Source of the DNA: Minisyncoccota bacterium
GTDB taxonomy: Bacteria > Patescibacteriota > Minisyncoccia > UBA6257 > GWB1-50-10
Direction of reading: 5' to 3'
Length of the DNA: 64,000 bases
NCBI GenBank assembly: GCA_020059585.1
Contig: JAGVBU010000012.1
Coordinates: forward strand, 11,079-75,078
Of this stretch, positions 36,009 through 45,009 are shown piece after piece. The first letter of the stretch is position 1, and every line of letters starts with the position of its first letter. Below the pieces are notes generated by a model. It worked only from the letters and a program-made list of their open reading frames with translations. It did not search any database and was not told the DNA's origin. Made by a program: the position numbers and the translations under genes.

Positions 36009-36117
36009 ATAAAAATGAAAAAATTGTATTTCGATAGTAAAACATCGACGTTTTTCTCCTACGCAATTAAGTTTATTCCGCTTTCATATTCATGTCAAAA
36101 AAACTACAATAATAACA

Positions 36118-37668
36118 ATGAAAAGAACGTACACGCTCGTAATACTCGACGGCTGGGGAATAGGAAGACACGATGAATCAAATCCTATTTTTGGAGCTCA
36201 TCCGGAAAATATACGTTTTATAGAGGAAAATTTTCCCGTGGGAGGACTTCAATCCTCTGGAATCTCTATAGGCATGCCGTGGGATGAGGAGGGGAACAGT
36301 GAAATCGGGCACCTTACCATTGGCGCGGGCAAGGTTTTTTATCAGCATTATCCACGAATATCGCTCGCGATCGAAGATGGAAGTTTTTTCGAAAATCCCG
36401 CGCTCAAAAAAGTTTTCGCGCACGCGCGCACGCGCGGAAGCGCGGTGCATCTTGTAGGACTCGTGGGTGAAGGGATCGTCCATTCGGCAATGACGCATCT
36501 CTCCGCGCTCATCGAAATGGCAAAACGCGAAAAATGCGAGAAGCTTTTTATACACGCATTCACAGACGGAAGAGATAGCGCGCCTCGCGCCGCAGTGAAG
36601 GCAGTACAAAAAGTGATTGATGAAACAAAAACAAAAGGAATGGGATCTGTCGCAAGCATATCAGGACGATATTTTGCTATGGACAGGGACAACCATTGGG
36701 ACAGAACCGCCCTCGCCTACCGAGTACTTACAGAAACATCTCCCGCCGACACCTTCCCTGAGGGAATTAAAAAAGCATATACGGCAAATACAAACGATGA
36801 ATATGTTGAGCCATTTGTGATGAAGGGAAACGAGCATCCGATACAGAATCAGGACGCGATATTTTTCTTCAATTTCAGGGAAGATCGAATACGCCAGATT
36901 GTTCAGGCATTCACCGATCCTTCATTTTCCGAATTTCCCGTCAAAAAATTCGAAGATATTTTCGTTGCTTCGATGACCGAATATAAAACAGGAATGAATC
37001 CTCACGCGATTGCGTTTAAAAAGGAAGTGGTGGCCCATCCGCTCGGAGAAGTTATTTCGCGTGCGGGAAAGACACAGCTCCGTATCGCGGAAACGGAAAA
37101 ATATGCGCACGTCACCTATTTCTTTAACGGACTTCGCGAAGAACCCTTTCCAAACGAATACAGAGTACTTATTCCTTCCAAAAATGTGGCGCGTCACGAA
37201 GAACATCCCGAAATGATGGCGTCCGCCATCACCGATCGCGCGGTACTCGCAATGAATGAGGGGGGATTTGATTTTATACTCGTAAACTACGCGAACGCGG
37301 ACATTATCGCGCATACGGGAAAATATGACGCGACCTACAAAGCCGTGCAGATTCTCGACAAGGAGATTGGGCGACTTATGCGGAGCGCTCTCGAGGGAAA
37401 TCACGTGCTCATCATCACCTCTGACCACGGAAATGCCGAATCTGTTATAAATCTCCAAACGGGGGAAGAAGAAACAAAACACAACGCGAATCCAGTCCCC
37501 TTCTATGTAATTGCAAAAGAACTAGCTTCCAAAAAAGAAGGTCACTATCCGTTCCGAATCCCGACCGTAGGTATACTCTCAGATGTTGCCCCCACGATAC
37601 TTTCGCTTATGGGAATCCAAAAACCGGATGAAATGACGGGGCAGAATCTCATGGAGCAGATTTTCTGA
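36118..37668 (+). CDS. gpmI: 2,3-bisphosphoglycerate-independent phosphoglycerate mutase
   Basis: N-terminus LVILDGWG, full-length iPGM. Confidence 0.9.
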   Translation: MKRTYTLVILDGWGIGRHDESNPIFGAHPENIRFIEENFPVGGLQSSGISIGMPWDEEGNSEIGHLTIGAGKVFYQHYPRISLAIEDGSFFENPALKKVFAHARTRGSAVHLVGLVGEGIVHSAMTHLSALIEMAKREKCEKLFIHAFTDGRDSAPRAAVKAVQKVIDETKTKGMGSVASISGRYFAMDRDNHWDRTALAYRVLTETSPADTFPEGIKKAYTANTNDEYVEPFVMKGNEHPIQNQDAIFFFNFREDRIRQIVQAFTDPSFSEFPVKKFEDIFVASMTEYKTGMNPHAIAFKKEVVAHPLGEVISRAGKTQLRIAETEKYAHVTYFFNGLREEPFPNEYRVLIPSKNVARHEEHPEMMASAITDRAVLAMNEGGFDFILVNYANADIIAHTGKYDATYKAVQILDKEIGRLMRSALEGNHVLIITSDHGNAESVINLQTGEEETKHNANPVPFYVIAKELASKKEGHYPFRIPTVGILSDVAPTILSLMGIQKPDEMTGQNLMEQIF

Positions 37669-37706
37669 AAAAGGATTGTAACTGTGATACAGTAATATTA
37701 TCCATT

Positions 37707-38072
37707 ATGAAGCTTATTGCGAAAGTCATTATCCAAATAATATCAAATCTTGTCGCTATCTATGCGGCAGTCAATCTCGTGAGCGGCGTATCGTTCTCGG
37801 GAGGATTTGAGGATCTTCTCATTGCCGCAGGAATTCTTTCCCTTATCAATATATTTATCCGCCCCATTCTAAAACTCATTTTCGGACCAATTATTGTAAT
37901 TACTCTCGGCCTTTTTATCCTTGTAATTAACGTGCTTTCTATAAAAATTCTTGACATTGTAAGTGATCCTCTTACAATACAGGGGTATATACCGCTCTTT
38001 CTTGCCTCGCTTATCGTGGGCATTGTGAATTTCATCGTTACCGCAAGCGGAAAGGCAGTGTATAAAGAATAA
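37707..38072 (+). CDS. Phage_holin_4_2 (DUF360)-like small membrane protein
   Basis: VSGVSFSGGFEDLLIAAGILSLINIFIRPIL...ITLGLFILVINVL matches the DUF360 pattern. Confidence 0.5.
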   Translation: MKLIAKVIIQIISNLVAIYAAVNLVSGVSFSGGFEDLLIAAGILSLINIFIRPILKLIFGPIIVITLGLFILVINVLSIKILDIVSDPLTIQGYIPLFLASLIVGIVNFIVTASGKAVYKE

Positions 38073-38074
38073 TC

Positions 38075-38290
38075 ATGACTATAACTATTATCGAAGTCGC
38101 CGTTTCTATTCTTCTTATCGCTTTTGTCCTTATTCAGGAACGTTCGAGCGGTATTTCCGGCGTATTCGGAGGAGGCGGAGATGCCTCATATCAAACGAGA
38201 CGCGGAATAGAAAAAGGGGTTTTCTGGGGAACGATAGTGCTTTCATTTTTGTTTGTTGCGCTCGCGCTTATAAAACTCATAGGCGCATAG
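38075..38290 (+). CDS. secG: Preprotein translocase subunit SecG
   Basis: LLIAFVLIQERSSGISGVFGGGG...TRRGIEK...FWGTIVLSFLFV SecG pattern. Confidence 0.75.
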   Translation: MTITIIEVAVSILLIAFVLIQERSSGISGVFGGGGDASYQTRRGIEKGVFWGTIVLSFLFVALALIKLIGA

Positions 38291-38296
38291 CCCGCG

Positions 38297-39946
38297 TTGC
38301 CAGAAGGCAACGTTATTTTCGCGGAACATCACACACATCAGGAACGTATGGATCTTATTCGAAATTTTTTGCACGCATTTACGAAGAAAGAACTTCGTGT
38401 GCTTGCGTACGCGGTGGGGATATTCTTTGTAGCGCTCATTGCGCGCACCGGCATCGCGGTGCAGGAACACAGTGCATTTGTGCCCATGGACGGCGGCGTG
38501 TTCCGTGAAGGGGTTGTGGGACAGCCAACACTCATTAATCCCGCTATTTCCGATAATCAGGTTGATCGCGACTTGAGCGCGCTTCTTTTCTCAAAACTCA
38601 GCGAGCTTGCGACGCATATAAAAGCCGACGAAAAAAACAAGGTGTTTACCGTAAGCCTCAAGGAAAATCTCCTCTGGGACGACGGAACCCCCGTAACGAG
38701 CGATGACGTGCTTTTCACTATAAAGACAATACAAAACCCCGATGCGCGCTCCCCATTTTTGAAAAAATGGTCAGGAGTCGCCGCGGAAAGAATAAGTCAA
38801 CTTCAAGTTCGTATTGCGATTCCGGAAGAAAACATTTTTTTCAAAGAAATTATGGATAATCTCCGAATAATCCCCGCGCACATATATGGAAGTGTTCCGA
38901 TTGCGAATATACGACTTTCCTCATATATACTCGAACCGGTCGGGAACGGTCCCTACTCTTTTAAAAAATTCTCCCAAAAGAAAAATGGATTCATAACGGA
39001 ATATGTCCTTGAATCAAATGAAAAATATTCAGGGAAAAAACCCTACATAGACGAATTTCGTTTCATTTTTTATGAAGACGAAGAAGCTCTCGAGAACGCG
39101 TTTCGAGTGAGAGAAATAGACGCGTTCGGCACCGCCTCCCCCATCACCACAAAGTTGTTTGACGCGCTCAAGGCGCGTGCCGCGCGAATTCCCGTGTCCA
39201 GATATTACGCCCTCTTTTTTAACACAAACGGGGAAACATTGAATGACCGCGCGCTTCGCAGGGCGCTTGTCGCGGGAATATCAAAAGAAAAAATAAAAAA
39301 TGAGGTTTTCCCAGAGAATGAGGTTTCGTTCGTATCTTCTCCCGTGTTCACGGATGACACATTCAAAGGATACAATTCCGAATATGCCGCGGAAGAGATC
39401 GCGGAACTTGGAGGCGTTCCAGAATTTACAATGATAGTTCCTAATACACCGTATCTCGAGGATACTGCCAAAATCCTGAAAGATGATTGGGAAAAAATCG
39501 GCGTTACAGTCCACGTAATATCACTTGATCCGCGAGATGTGTTTGAAAACGCGGTAAAAACAAATAATTATGACATGATACTCTTTGGAAACGCGCTGGA
39601 AAACGATTCCGACCTTTTCCCGTTCTGGCATTCCTCCCAGAGAGTATATCCGGGATTGAATCTCTCTCTTTATAAAAATGACAAGGTGGACTCTCTCATT
39701 GAAACCATTCAGAGAGAATCTAGTCCGGAAAAAAGAAAAGAATTAAGAGAACTCATAGGAGCATATGTCACTGAAGACGCGCCGGCACTCTTCCTTTATT
39801 CGGTTCCTTATACATACGTCGCACGCGACGAGATCGGGGGCATCCCCTTTTTCTCCTTCATCCCCGAAAATCGATTTACAGATCCCTCAAACCGATTTTC
39901 CTCAGTAACAGAATGGTTTGTTTCTCAGGCGCGCATACTTAAATAA
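38297..39946 (+). CDS. ABC transporter substrate-binding protein, family 5 (peptide/nickel type)
   Basis: N-terminal TM anchor, SBP_bac_5-like length and blocks. Confidence 0.65.
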   Translation: MPEGNVIFAEHHTHQERMDLIRNFLHAFTKKELRVLAYAVGIFFVALIARTGIAVQEHSAFVPMDGGVFREGVVGQPTLINPAISDNQVDRDLSALLFSKLSELATHIKADEKNKVFTVSLKENLLWDDGTPVTSDDVLFTIKTIQNPDARSPFLKKWSGVAAERISQLQVRIAIPEENIFFKEIMDNLRIIPAHIYGSVPIANIRLSSYILEPVGNGPYSFKKFSQKKNGFITEYVLESNEKYSGKKPYIDEFRFIFYEDEEALENAFRVREIDAFGTASPITTKLFDALKARAARIPVSRYYALFFNTNGETLNDRALRRALVAGISKEKIKNEVFPENEVSFVSSPVFTDDTFKGYNSEYAAEEIAELGGVPEFTMIVPNTPYLEDTAKILKDDWEKIGVTVHVISLDPRDVFENAVKTNNYDMILFGNALENDSDLFPFWHSSQRVYPGLNLSLYKNDKVDSLIETIQRESSPEKRKELRELIGAYVTEDAPALFLYSVPYTYVARDEIGGIPFFSFIPENRFTDPSNRFSSVTEWFVSQARILK

Positions 39947-39954
39947 CATATTCT

Positions 39955-40932
39955 ATGAAAAAAAGTGGTTACGCGGAGAATATAAGAAATTTCAAAGCGC
40001 AGTTCTCATTCCAGAATATACATGTTGCATGCGCCGATGCTCTTAAGAAAAGAGGAATACCGAAAAAAGTGGTGATCTGTGGAATGGGAGGATCAGGACT
40101 ATCCGCGAAGATCCTTTCTCTTCTTTCAAAGGATCTGGGAATTCCCGTACCAATCGAGAGTCATAAAAATTATGGAATTCCTTGGGATACGGAGAAAAAC
40201 ACGCTTTTCATATTCAGCTCGTTTTCAGGAGACACCGAAGAAACAATCTCGGGATTTATGGAAGCGCTAAAGAAGAAACGGATTATCGCCGTTGTAACGA
40301 CTGGGGGGCAACTGAAAAAACTTGCCGAGAAACATAAAATTCCCCACGCCTTGTTCCCTAAGGATCTGTTGACACCACGGGAAGCGGTGGGGTATAATTA
40401 TCTCAGCGTTCTCTCTCTCCTTCGGATATGCTTCCCGAAAATAACGGTGACGCCTTTTTCCTCGAACTCGTTCCCAACATCCCTCGAAAAACACGGAAAG
40501 GCACTCGCGGGGAAAATGAAAAAAAAGGTTACTCTCCTCTATGCGGAAGAGAGGTTTTCTGGGGTGCTTGATGCGTGGAAAATTAATCTGAATGAAACAG
40601 CGAAACAGCTCGCATTTGCGAATTACATTCCGGAAATGAATCATAACGAAATCGCGGCGGTAAAAAGCGCAAAAAACACGATTGTAATTTTATTTGAAGA
40701 TGTGCGTGCAAATCCCTCAATGAAAAAAAGAGTGAGAATATCGGAGAAAATGTTTCTTTCGGAAAATATCCCTACAATACGCGTCTCTTTCTCCGGAAAG
40801 AACCTTGAAGAACGCGTGTGGCGCTCAATAGCGCTTTCCCATTGGGTATCGTTCTTTATCGCACAACAGAATCATACGGATCCGGCAAAAACGGAACGTA
40901 TAGAACAATTCAAAAAAATAATGCGCGCATAA
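39955..40932 (+). CDS. SIS-domain bifunctional phosphoglucose/phosphomannose isomerase-like protein
   Basis: VVICGMGGSG SIS motif and archaeal-type PGI/PMI layout. Confidence 0.55.
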   Translation: MKKSGYAENIRNFKAQFSFQNIHVACADALKKRGIPKKVVICGMGGSGLSAKILSLLSKDLGIPVPIESHKNYGIPWDTEKNTLFIFSSFSGDTEETISGFMEALKKKRIIAVVTTGGQLKKLAEKHKIPHALFPKDLLTPREAVGYNYLSVLSLLRICFPKITVTPFSSNSFPTSLEKHGKALAGKMKKKVTLLYAEERFSGVLDAWKINLNETAKQLAFANYIPEMNHNEIAAVKSAKNTIVILFEDVRANPSMKKRVRISEKMFLSENIPTIRVSFSGKNLEERVWRSIALSHWVSFFIAQQNHTDPAKTERIEQFKKIMRA

Positions 40933-40948
40933 CATAGCGCAATTGCGC

Positions 40949-41032
40949 GCCGGGATGGTGAAATTGGCAGACACGTAGCGTTCAGAGCGCTATCGCCGTA
41001 AGGCGGTGAGGGTTCAAGTCCCTCTCCCGGCA
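40949..41032 (+). tRNA. tRNA-Leu (anticodon CAG)
   Basis: GCCGGGA-TG-GTGAAATTGGCAGACAC-G-TAGCG-TTCAGAG-CGCTA-long variable arm-GAGGG-TTCAAGT-CCCTC-TCCCGGC-A. Confidence 0.85.
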
Positions 41033-41107
41033 CACGCTGAGTTTGCGGAAGAGTATTCTACTGCGTTTCAGCAAAAAACGTCATATATAGTCGAAAAAAA
41101 TAAAAAT

Positions 41108-42850
41108 ATGAACACAAAAAAAACATACCTCACTACCAAAAAGGTGGTGCGGAAATCAGTGCGCGCGGCAAGCAAACCTTCGTCGCGCGACGCCCTCCGA
41201 TACGTTCCTCTTGGAGGATTTGAAGAGATAGGAAGGAACATGATGTTCTTCGAATATGAGGATGAGATTCTCATAATCGACGCGGGAATACAATTCCCCG
41301 AAGAAGAAACTCCTGGAATAGATTACATTATTCCGAACACGTCATATCTCGAGTCGAAAAAAGATAAAATAAAGGGACTCATCATCACCCACGGTCACTA
41401 TGACCACATCGGAGCAATTCCGTATATTCTCGATAAACTTGGGAACCCGACAATCTACACGACGCGACTTACAAAAGAGATTATCATGAAGCGTCAAGAA
41501 GACTTCCCTCTTTCACCAAAACCGGTATTCGAGATTGTCGCCGGAGGCGAAACGAGGCAACTTTCAAAAAACTTCGCGGTAACCTTCTTTGATGTTATTC
41601 ACAACATTCCCGACGGATTCGGAATGATTCTCCGCACCCCCGTCGGAAATATCGTGCACCCCGGCGAATTCAAATTTGATTACGACGATGAGGGTAAGCC
41701 AAAAAGACTCGATATCTGGGAACAGGTCGGTAAGGAGGGAATTCATACTCTCATGCTTGATTCAACCGGAGCTGAAGTGCCGGGATACGCGCTTTCTGAA
41801 CGGATTGTCGAAAAAGAGCTCGAAAAACTTTTCCGTGCCGCGAAAGGGCGCATCATTGTCGGATCGTTCGCGTCTCTCATCGATCGACTCGCGGAAATCA
41901 TAAAAATCGCGGAGAAGATAGGAAGAAGGGTCGCGATAAGCGGATTTTCCATGAAAGGAAATCTTGAGATCGCCCAACGCCTCGGATACGTGAAATTCGA
42001 GAAAGGTACGGTCATTCAACTCGATGAAATACATAAATATCGCGACGATAAAGTCCTTCTTCTCTGCAGCGGCGCGCAGGGAGAATCAAACGCAAGCCTT
42101 ATGCGTATTGCGAACGGAGAACACAAGCAGATAAAGATAAAACCGGGAGACTCCATCGTGCTCTCGTCGTCTGTGGTTCCGGGAAACGAACGGAGCGTGC
42201 AAAATCTGAAAGATAACTTTGCGCGACAGGGAGCGCTTGTCTATCACCACAAAATGCTCGACATCCACTCTTCGGGACACGCGCCTCAGGAGGAGTTGAA
42301 GACGGTGATAAAACTCGTCAAACCGAAATTCTTCATCCCTATCCACGGATATTATTTCATGCGATGGAGAAATGCCCAGCTTGCGCAGGAAGCGCTTAAG
42401 ATGAAACCTGAAAATTCGATACTTCTCGACAACGGCGTTGTAGCCCTTATCAAAAAAGACTCGATAGAAATTACAGACGAACAGCTTCCGGCATTTTACG
42501 TGATGGTAGACGGGCTCGGCGTCGGAGACGTCGGAGAAGTGGTGCTTCGCGACAGGAGAACACTTGCGCAGGAAGGGATGATTGTCATCATTACCACGCT
42601 CAGTAAACAATCGGGACGGGTGCTCAAAAATCCTGATATCATCTCACGCGGATTCATCTATCTCAAAGAAAATCAGGAACTTCTCGATGAAGTGAGAAGG
42701 AAGATCCGCAATATTCTCGGGCGATCCCCGAAAGGGCAGTCAATTGACGCGGATTACGCGAAAACCCTTATCCGCGATCAGATTGGTCAATTCCTCTACA
42801 ACAAGACCCAGCGGAGACCGATGGTGCTCCCTGTCATTATTGAGATATAA
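41108..42850 (+). CDS. rnj: Ribonuclease J
   Basis: HGHYDHIGAIPY metallo-beta-lactamase motif, beta-CASP and C-terminal domains; start moved downstream of tRNA-Leu. Confidence 0.85.
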   Translation: MNTKKTYLTTKKVVRKSVRAASKPSSRDALRYVPLGGFEEIGRNMMFFEYEDEILIIDAGIQFPEEETPGIDYIIPNTSYLESKKDKIKGLIITHGHYDHIGAIPYILDKLGNPTIYTTRLTKEIIMKRQEDFPLSPKPVFEIVAGGETRQLSKNFAVTFFDVIHNIPDGFGMILRTPVGNIVHPGEFKFDYDDEGKPKRLDIWEQVGKEGIHTLMLDSTGAEVPGYALSERIVEKELEKLFRAAKGRIIVGSFASLIDRLAEIIKIAEKIGRRVAISGFSMKGNLEIAQRLGYVKFEKGTVIQLDEIHKYRDDKVLLLCSGAQGESNASLMRIANGEHKQIKIKPGDSIVLSSSVVPGNERSVQNLKDNFARQGALVYHHKMLDIHSSGHAPQEELKTVIKLVKPKFFIPIHGYYFMRWRNAQLAQEALKMKPENSILLDNGVVALIKKDSIEITDEQLPAFYVMVDGLGVGDVGEVVLRDRRTLAQEGMIVIITTLSKQSGRVLKNPDIISRGFIYLKENQELLDEVRRKIRNILGRSPKGQSIDADYAKTLIRDQIGQFLYNKTQRRPMVLPVIIEI

Positions 42851-42900
42851 CAAATGCGGACATATTCCGCGAAAAAAGCCGGCAGAGTCCGGCTTTTTTC

Positions 42901-42934
42901 TATACTTTATACTTTATACTTGATACTTTATACT
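42901..42934 (+). repeat. Tandem heptamer repeat (tatactt)x5 immediately upstream of the trpS start
   Basis: tatactt-tatactt-tatactt-gatactt-tatact; each unit resembles a -10 box. Confidence 0.7.
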
Positions 42935-42940
42935 AACGTT

Positions 42941-43927
42941 ATGAAATCAAAACCTCGCCTTGTATCCGGCATACAACCCACAGGGAAGCTGCACATCGGA
43001 AACTACGTAGGCGCGCTCAAAAACTTTGTCGCGCTTCAGGATTCGGGAAAATATGAGTGTTTTTTCTTCATCGCCGACCTCCATTCGATGACCGAATATT
43101 TCACTCCTAAGGAAAAAATAAAGCAGATAGAAGACGTCGCGCTTTCTTATCTCGCCGCGGGACTTGATCCAAAAAAATCAACATTGTTTCTTCAATCCGA
43201 TATTCCGGAGCATACCGAACTCGCGTGGATATTGAACACCATCACCCCATTCGGCGAACTTCGTCGTATGACCCAGTTCAAAGATAAATCCGATACGCAT
43301 CCCGAAAACATAAACGTGGGGCTTTTCGCGTATCCCGTCCTTATGGCAGCGGATATCATTCTCTATGACGCGCATGCGGTGCCCGTAGGAGAAGATCAAC
43401 TCCAGCACACCGAGCTCACACGCACACTCGCGCGGAAATTCAACGCGCGGTTCGGAAAAACATTTCACGAGCCGAAACCCCTCCTTACCGAAGTTCCCCG
43501 TCTTATGAGCCTCGACGATCCGCTGAAGAAAATGTCAAAATCGCGTCCCGCGGGGTGTCTTTTTCTCGATGATTCTCCGGACGAAATACGAAACAAGATA
43601 AAGCGCGCCGTCACCGACTCCGGACGCGATATCGTCTGCGATCCCGTGAATAAACCCGCCGTATCAAATCTTCTTCTCTTATATTCTTCGATAGCCGGTA
43701 TACCTATCTCAGATCTCGAAAAACGCTACGCGGAAAAGGGATACGCGGAATTCAAAGCGGATCTTGCGGAGATTGTGGTGGCAGCGCTTCTCCCCTTCCA
43801 GAAAAAGAAAAAGGCGCTGAAGAAGAACGCGGTGAGAAAGATGCTTCTCGCGGGAGGAGCACGCGCGCAGAAAATCGCGAGAGAAAAAATAAAAGAAGTA
43901 AGAAAAAAAACGGGAATATACACATAA
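42941..43927 (+). CDS. trpS: Tryptophanyl-tRNA synthetase
   Basis: SGIQPTGKLHIGNY (HIGH motif) and KMSKS. Confidence 0.9.
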   Translation: MKSKPRLVSGIQPTGKLHIGNYVGALKNFVALQDSGKYECFFFIADLHSMTEYFTPKEKIKQIEDVALSYLAAGLDPKKSTLFLQSDIPEHTELAWILNTITPFGELRRMTQFKDKSDTHPENINVGLFAYPVLMAADIILYDAHAVPVGEDQLQHTELTRTLARKFNARFGKTFHEPKPLLTEVPRLMSLDDPLKKMSKSRPAGCLFLDDSPDEIRNKIKRAVTDSGRDIVCDPVNKPAVSNLLLLYSSIAGIPISDLEKRYAEKGYAEFKADLAEIVVAALLPFQKKKKALKKNAVRKMLLAGGARAQKIAREKIKEVRKKTGIYT

Positions 43928-43934
43928 CAAATAC

Positions 43935-44975
43935 ATGTTCGAAAAAGCCCATAATAAAAAACAAGATGATATCATTGATACATTCAATAAATATCAGTCA
44001 CTCTTCGCAGAATACGTTGATCCCCTTATATACGAACGTCAGAAGGTCCGTCCTTTTCTGTCTCCCGAAGATGCGCAACAAATGAAACGGTATGAGGAAA
44101 TATCGCTTGAGAATCCAGAGGAAAATTATGAGATACATCTTAAATCGAAAATATTTGAGGGTGCACTTGTAAAATTCGGAAAAAAAATCTTCGGAGAAAA
44201 TATAGAAACTATCCCATCAACGGAATACGATGATTGGGTGAATAAGTTCGATATGTTTATTGCACACGGAGATTCCCAAATAGGGATCGACGCAACACTA
44301 TGTAAAAATACCTTGAATACAGAGAGGAAAAATGGGGAAATCTTTTCGGACATAGAGCGACTCGATGAAAAAGATAGAGGAAAAGAAAAATTCCATGTAA
44401 AGTATTTTATGCCAACCGGAAAAAAAGAGGCTCCGATCGAACTCCACGGAATACCGCGCGTCATTATCGGAATCCACGCCGATTACCTCGAGAAAATGCT
44501 TCTCGAAATAAAAAACGGAAATAGTGCTCCTTTTAAATTAATGTTCCTAAATATGATAAAATCCCAACTCGAAGATCAATTTATATTTGCACTCGGAGTG
44601 AATGGGGAGAAGAAGGATAAGGAAGATAAAACATATAAGACGCGCGTTCCTGAACCTATAAAAAGAGACGTAAGAGAAGTATATCCGTTATGCGCAAAAG
44701 CGGTGAAATCAGATTGGAACGAAGAAAAGATAAAAGACTTGTTTATCTCATTTGAAAAAAATAAAAATCTGTTCGCGTTGAAACAATTTTCCTTTCCTGA
44801 ATATCATCAACTTCTCTCAAACATACAAACATCATGGAATTGGGTCTCTAGTGAACTTGCGAACATAAAGAAAGAAAGCTCTCCCACTTTGCTAAATGAA
44901 ACGGAAGTTGAAAACAGACTACGGTCTCATATCAACGAAGATCAGGTATTGAAACACAGACCTTTTCTCGCTTAA
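43935..44975 (+). CDS. Hypothetical protein
   Basis: 346 aa, charged and helical; no recognised motifs. Confidence 0.4.
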   Translation: MFEKAHNKKQDDIIDTFNKYQSLFAEYVDPLIYERQKVRPFLSPEDAQQMKRYEEISLENPEENYEIHLKSKIFEGALVKFGKKIFGENIETIPSTEYDDWVNKFDMFIAHGDSQIGIDATLCKNTLNTERKNGEIFSDIERLDEKDRGKEKFHVKYFMPTGKKEAPIELHGIPRVIIGIHADYLEKMLLEIKNGNSAPFKLMFLNMIKSQLEDQFIFALGVNGEKKDKEDKTYKTRVPEPIKRDVREVYPLCAKAVKSDWNEEKIKDLFISFEKNKNLFALKQFSFPEYHQLLSNIQTSWNWVSSELANIKKESSPTLLNETEVENRLRSHINEDQVLKHRPFLA

Positions 44976-45009
44976 AAAACGGCGATTACGCCGTTTTTAA
45001 ATAACGAAA

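Noticed and set aside
41006-41107. Upstream extension of the rnj ORF starting at 41006
   Set aside because: It overlaps the 3' end of tRNA-Leu (40949-41032). The internal Met at 41108 gives a normal RNase J N-terminus.
42901-42934. Checked whether the TATACTT tandem repeats, or the repeated tRNA-fragment units, could be a CRISPR array
   Set aside because: Repeat units are 7 nt with no spacers, or are tRNA-derived with non-uniform spacing. There are no cas genes, and no 24-48-nt repeat/spacer periodicity anywhere in the window.
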